Assembly (NCBI RefSeq): GCF_009914755.1
Contig: NC_060927.1
Origin: the human T2T-CHM13v2.0 reference genome, Homo sapiens
Length of the DNA: 64,000 bases
Reading direction: 5' to 3' (one strand)
Shown piece by piece: positions 60,822 through 64,000 of the stretch (position 1 is the stretch's first letter; each line of letters starts with the position of its first letter). The notes under the pieces were generated by a model. That model was given only the letters and a program-made list of their open reading frames with translations, had not been told where the DNA came from and did not search any database. The position numbers and the translations under genes are program-made.

Positions 60822-63800
60822 CACTTTTATTTTAGGCTTAGGACTACATGTGCAGGTTTGTTATACAGATAAATTGTGTGTAGCAAGGGTGTGATGTAAG
60901 ATTATTTCATCACCCAGGTGATAAGCATTTAATTTATAGGTGGCTTTTGTTTTTCTTTTTGTTTGAAACAGAGCCTCACTCTATCACCCAGGCTGAAGTA
61001 CAGTGGTGCCATCTCAGCTCACTGCAACCTCCTGGTTTCAAGTGATTCTCATGCCTTAGCCTCCTGAGTAGCTGGGATTACAGGTGTGTGCCATCACAGT
61101 AACATTTTTAGTAAAGACAGGGTTTTACCATGATGTCCAGGCTAGTCTCGAACTCCTGGCCTCAAGTGATCCACCTGCCTCAGCCTCCCAAAAGTGCTGC
61201 AATTACAGGCATCAGCCACCATGCCTGGCCCTTGATAGGTAGTTTTTGATCCTTACCCTCCTCCCACCATCTACCTCTCAGCAGGCCTCAGTGTCTGTTG
61301 TTCCCTTCTTTGTGTTCATGTATACTCAATGTTTAGCTTCCACTTATAAGTGAGAACATACAGCATTTGGTTTTCTATTCCTGTGTTAGCTTGCTTAGGA
61401 TAATGGCCTCCAGCTCCATCCATGTTACTGCAAAGGATATGATCTCATTCTTTTTATGACTGTGTAGTATTCCATGGTGTATATGTACTACATTTTCTTT
61501 ATCTAGTCTACCACTGATGAACATTTAGGTTGATTCTATGTCTTTGCTTTTGTGAATAGTGCTGCAATGAACACATGTGTTGCACTTGTCTTTATCGTAG
61601 AATGATTTCTATTCTTTTGGATACATACCCAATAATGGAATTGCTAGGATGATTGGTAGTTCTATTTTTAAGTTATTTGAGAAATTATCAAGTTGGTTTC
61701 CAAAATAGCTGAACTAATTTACATTCCCACTGGCAGTGTATAAGCATTCCCTTTTCTCTGCATCATCTTCAGCATCTGTTATTTTCTGACTTTTTAATAA
61801 TAGCCATTGTGACTGGTGGGAAATGGTATCTCATTGTGGTTTTGATATGCATTTCTCTGAAGATTAGTGATATTGAGCATATTTCATATGTTTGTTGGCC
61901 ACATGTGTATGTCTTCTTTTAAGAAGTGTCTGTTCATATCCTTTGTACACTTTTTAATGGGGTTGTTGGTTTTTTGCTTGCTGATTTGTTTAAGTTCCTT
62001 ATAGATTGTGAATATTAGACCTTGTCAGATGTATAGTTTGTAAATATTTTCTCCCATTCTGTAGGCTGTTTGTTTACTCTGTTGACATTTTCTTTTGATG
62101 TGCAGAAGCTCTTTAATTTAATTAAGTTTCATTTGTCAATTTTTGTTTTTATTGCAATTACTTTTGTCATCTTCATCATTAAATCTTTGCCAAGGCCTAT
62201 GTGTAGAATGATATTTCCTAGATTACCTTCCAGGATTTTTATTGTTTTAGGTTTTACATTTAAGTCTTTAATCCATCTTGAGTTGATTTTTGTATATGGT
62301 ATAAGGAAGGGGTCCAGTTTCAATCTTCTGCATATGGCTAGCCAGTTATCCCAACACCATTTATTGAATAGGAAGTCTTTCCCCACTGCTTGTTTTTGTC
62401 AACTTTGTCCAAGATCGGATGGTTGTAGGTGTGTGACTTCATTCCTGGGCTCTCTGTTCTGTTCCATTGTTCTGTGTGTCTGTTTTTTGTACCAGTACAT
62501 ACTGTTTTAGTTATGGTATCCTTTTGATATAGTTTGAAGTCAGGTGATGTGATGCCTCTAACTTTGTTCTTTTGCTTAAGATTGCCTTGGCTATTAGGGC
62601 TCTATTTAAGGTTCATATGAATTTTAAAATAGTTTTTTGTAATACTGTGAAGAATGTTATTATTAGTTTGATAGGAATAGCATTGAATATGTAAATTGCT
62701 TTGGGCAGTATGACTGTTTTAACAATATTGGTTCTTCCTAATCATGAGTATGAAATATTTTTTCTATTTGCTTGTGTAATCTCTGATTTCTTTGAGCAAT
62801 GTTTTGTAATTCTCACTGTACAGAATTTTCACTCCCTGGTTAACTATATTCCCAGGTGTTTTGTTCTTTCCGTGGCTATTGTGAAAGAGATTGCATTCTT
62901 GATTTGGCCCTCAGCTTGGACATTGATGGTTTATAGAAATGCTACTGATTTTTGTACATTAATTTTGTAGGCTGAAGCTTTGCTGATGTCATTTATCAGA
63001 TTTAGGAGCTTTTGAATAGAGATTGTGGGGTTTTCTAGATATAGACTCATATTATCTACAAACAGATAGTTTGATTTCTTCTCCTATTTGGATGCCTTTT
63101 ATTTCTTTGTCTTTCTTGATTGCCCTGCCTAGGACTTACAGTACTTTGTTGAATAGAAATGGTGAGAATGGGCATCCTTGTCTTGTTCTGTTTCTCAAGG
63201 GGAATGCTACAGCTTTTTTTTTTTGTTCAGTATGATGTTGGCTGTGGGTTTGTCAGAGATGCCTCATTATTTTGAGATATGTTCCTTCAATGCCTAGTTT
63301 GTTGTGGAGGATTTTTAACATGAACATATGTTGAATTTTCTCAAAAATCTTTTCTTCGTCTATTGAGATGATCATGTGGTTTTTGTTTTCAGTTCTGTTT
63401 CTGTGGTGAATCACATTTATTGATTTGTGTATGTTGAACCAACCTTACATCCCAGTAATAAAGCCTACTTGATCATGGTGGTTTAGCTTTTTGTTGTGCT
63501 GCTGGATTTGGTTTGCTAGCATTTTATCCTGGATTTTTGCATCTATGTTCATCAGGGTATTGTTGTGTCTCTGCCATATTTTGGTATCAGGATGATGCTG
63601 GCCTCATAGAGTGAGTTAGGGAGGAGTCCCTCCTCCTTAATTTTTTGGAATAGTTTCCATAGGAATGGTACCAGGTCTTCTTTATACATCTGGAAGAATT
63701 CAGCTGTGAATCTCTCTGGTATGGGACTTTTTCTTGTTGGTAGGCTTTTTATCACTGATTCAGTTTTGGACCTCATTACTGGTCTGTTTTCAAGAGTTCA

Positions 63801-64000
63801 TTTTCTTCCTGGTTCAATGTTGGGAGGTTGTAGATTTCTAGGAATGTATCAGTTTCTTCCAGGTTTTTCAGTTTGTGTGCATAGATATGTTTGTAGTAGT
63901 CTCTGAGGATTTTTTTTTATTTCTATAGGGTTGGTGGTAATGTCCGATTTGTTATTTCTAATTGTGTTTATTTGGGTCTTCTCATTTTTTTCTTTATTAT
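60822..64000 (-). mobile_element. L1PA15-like element running off the window end
   Basis: tacatgtgcaggtttgttatacagataaattgtgtg...attatttcatcacccagg terminus; ORF2 peptides 62129..62386 and 63552..63776. Confidence 0.87.
60948..61230 (-). mobile_element. Alu (S/J), antisense, nested in the L1PA15
   Basis: Dimer with small deletions; TSD-like ataggtggctttt / ataggtagttttt. Confidence 0.9.

Overview
Primate, very probably human, genomic DNA; an AluYb8-type element is present. The window lies inside the 3' part of the NEK11 gene (NIMA-related kinase 11) on the + strand. Two short coding exons that the ORF track misses are visible: 5155-5215 (DSDIEALARCLENVLGCTSL) and 35202-35298 (DTKTITTMAEDMSPGPPIFNSVMARTKMKRMRE). 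They have canonical splice sites and splice in frame across a ~30 kb intron. The rest is intron, dense in transposable elements: a near full-length dead L1PA7-like element, young L1PA2/L1PA3 fragments, old L1M/HAL1/L2/MIR, many Alus, ERV/MaLR solo LTRs and hAT/Tigger MITEs, often nested with recognisable target-site duplications (TSDs). Most ORF-track entries are L1/Alu fragments or chance ORFs. I see no evidence of a new autonomous biological system (no CRISPR, no novel gene cluster). The best leads are TE-driven changes to NEK11 splicing or transcription (candidate Alu exons, an L1 antisense promoter facing an exon with a strong Kozak ATG, a sense MLT2A LTR, a tandem donor) and a few unusual insertion structures. 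Repeat subfamily names come from recalled consensus diagnostics, and boundaries of old repeats are approximate.
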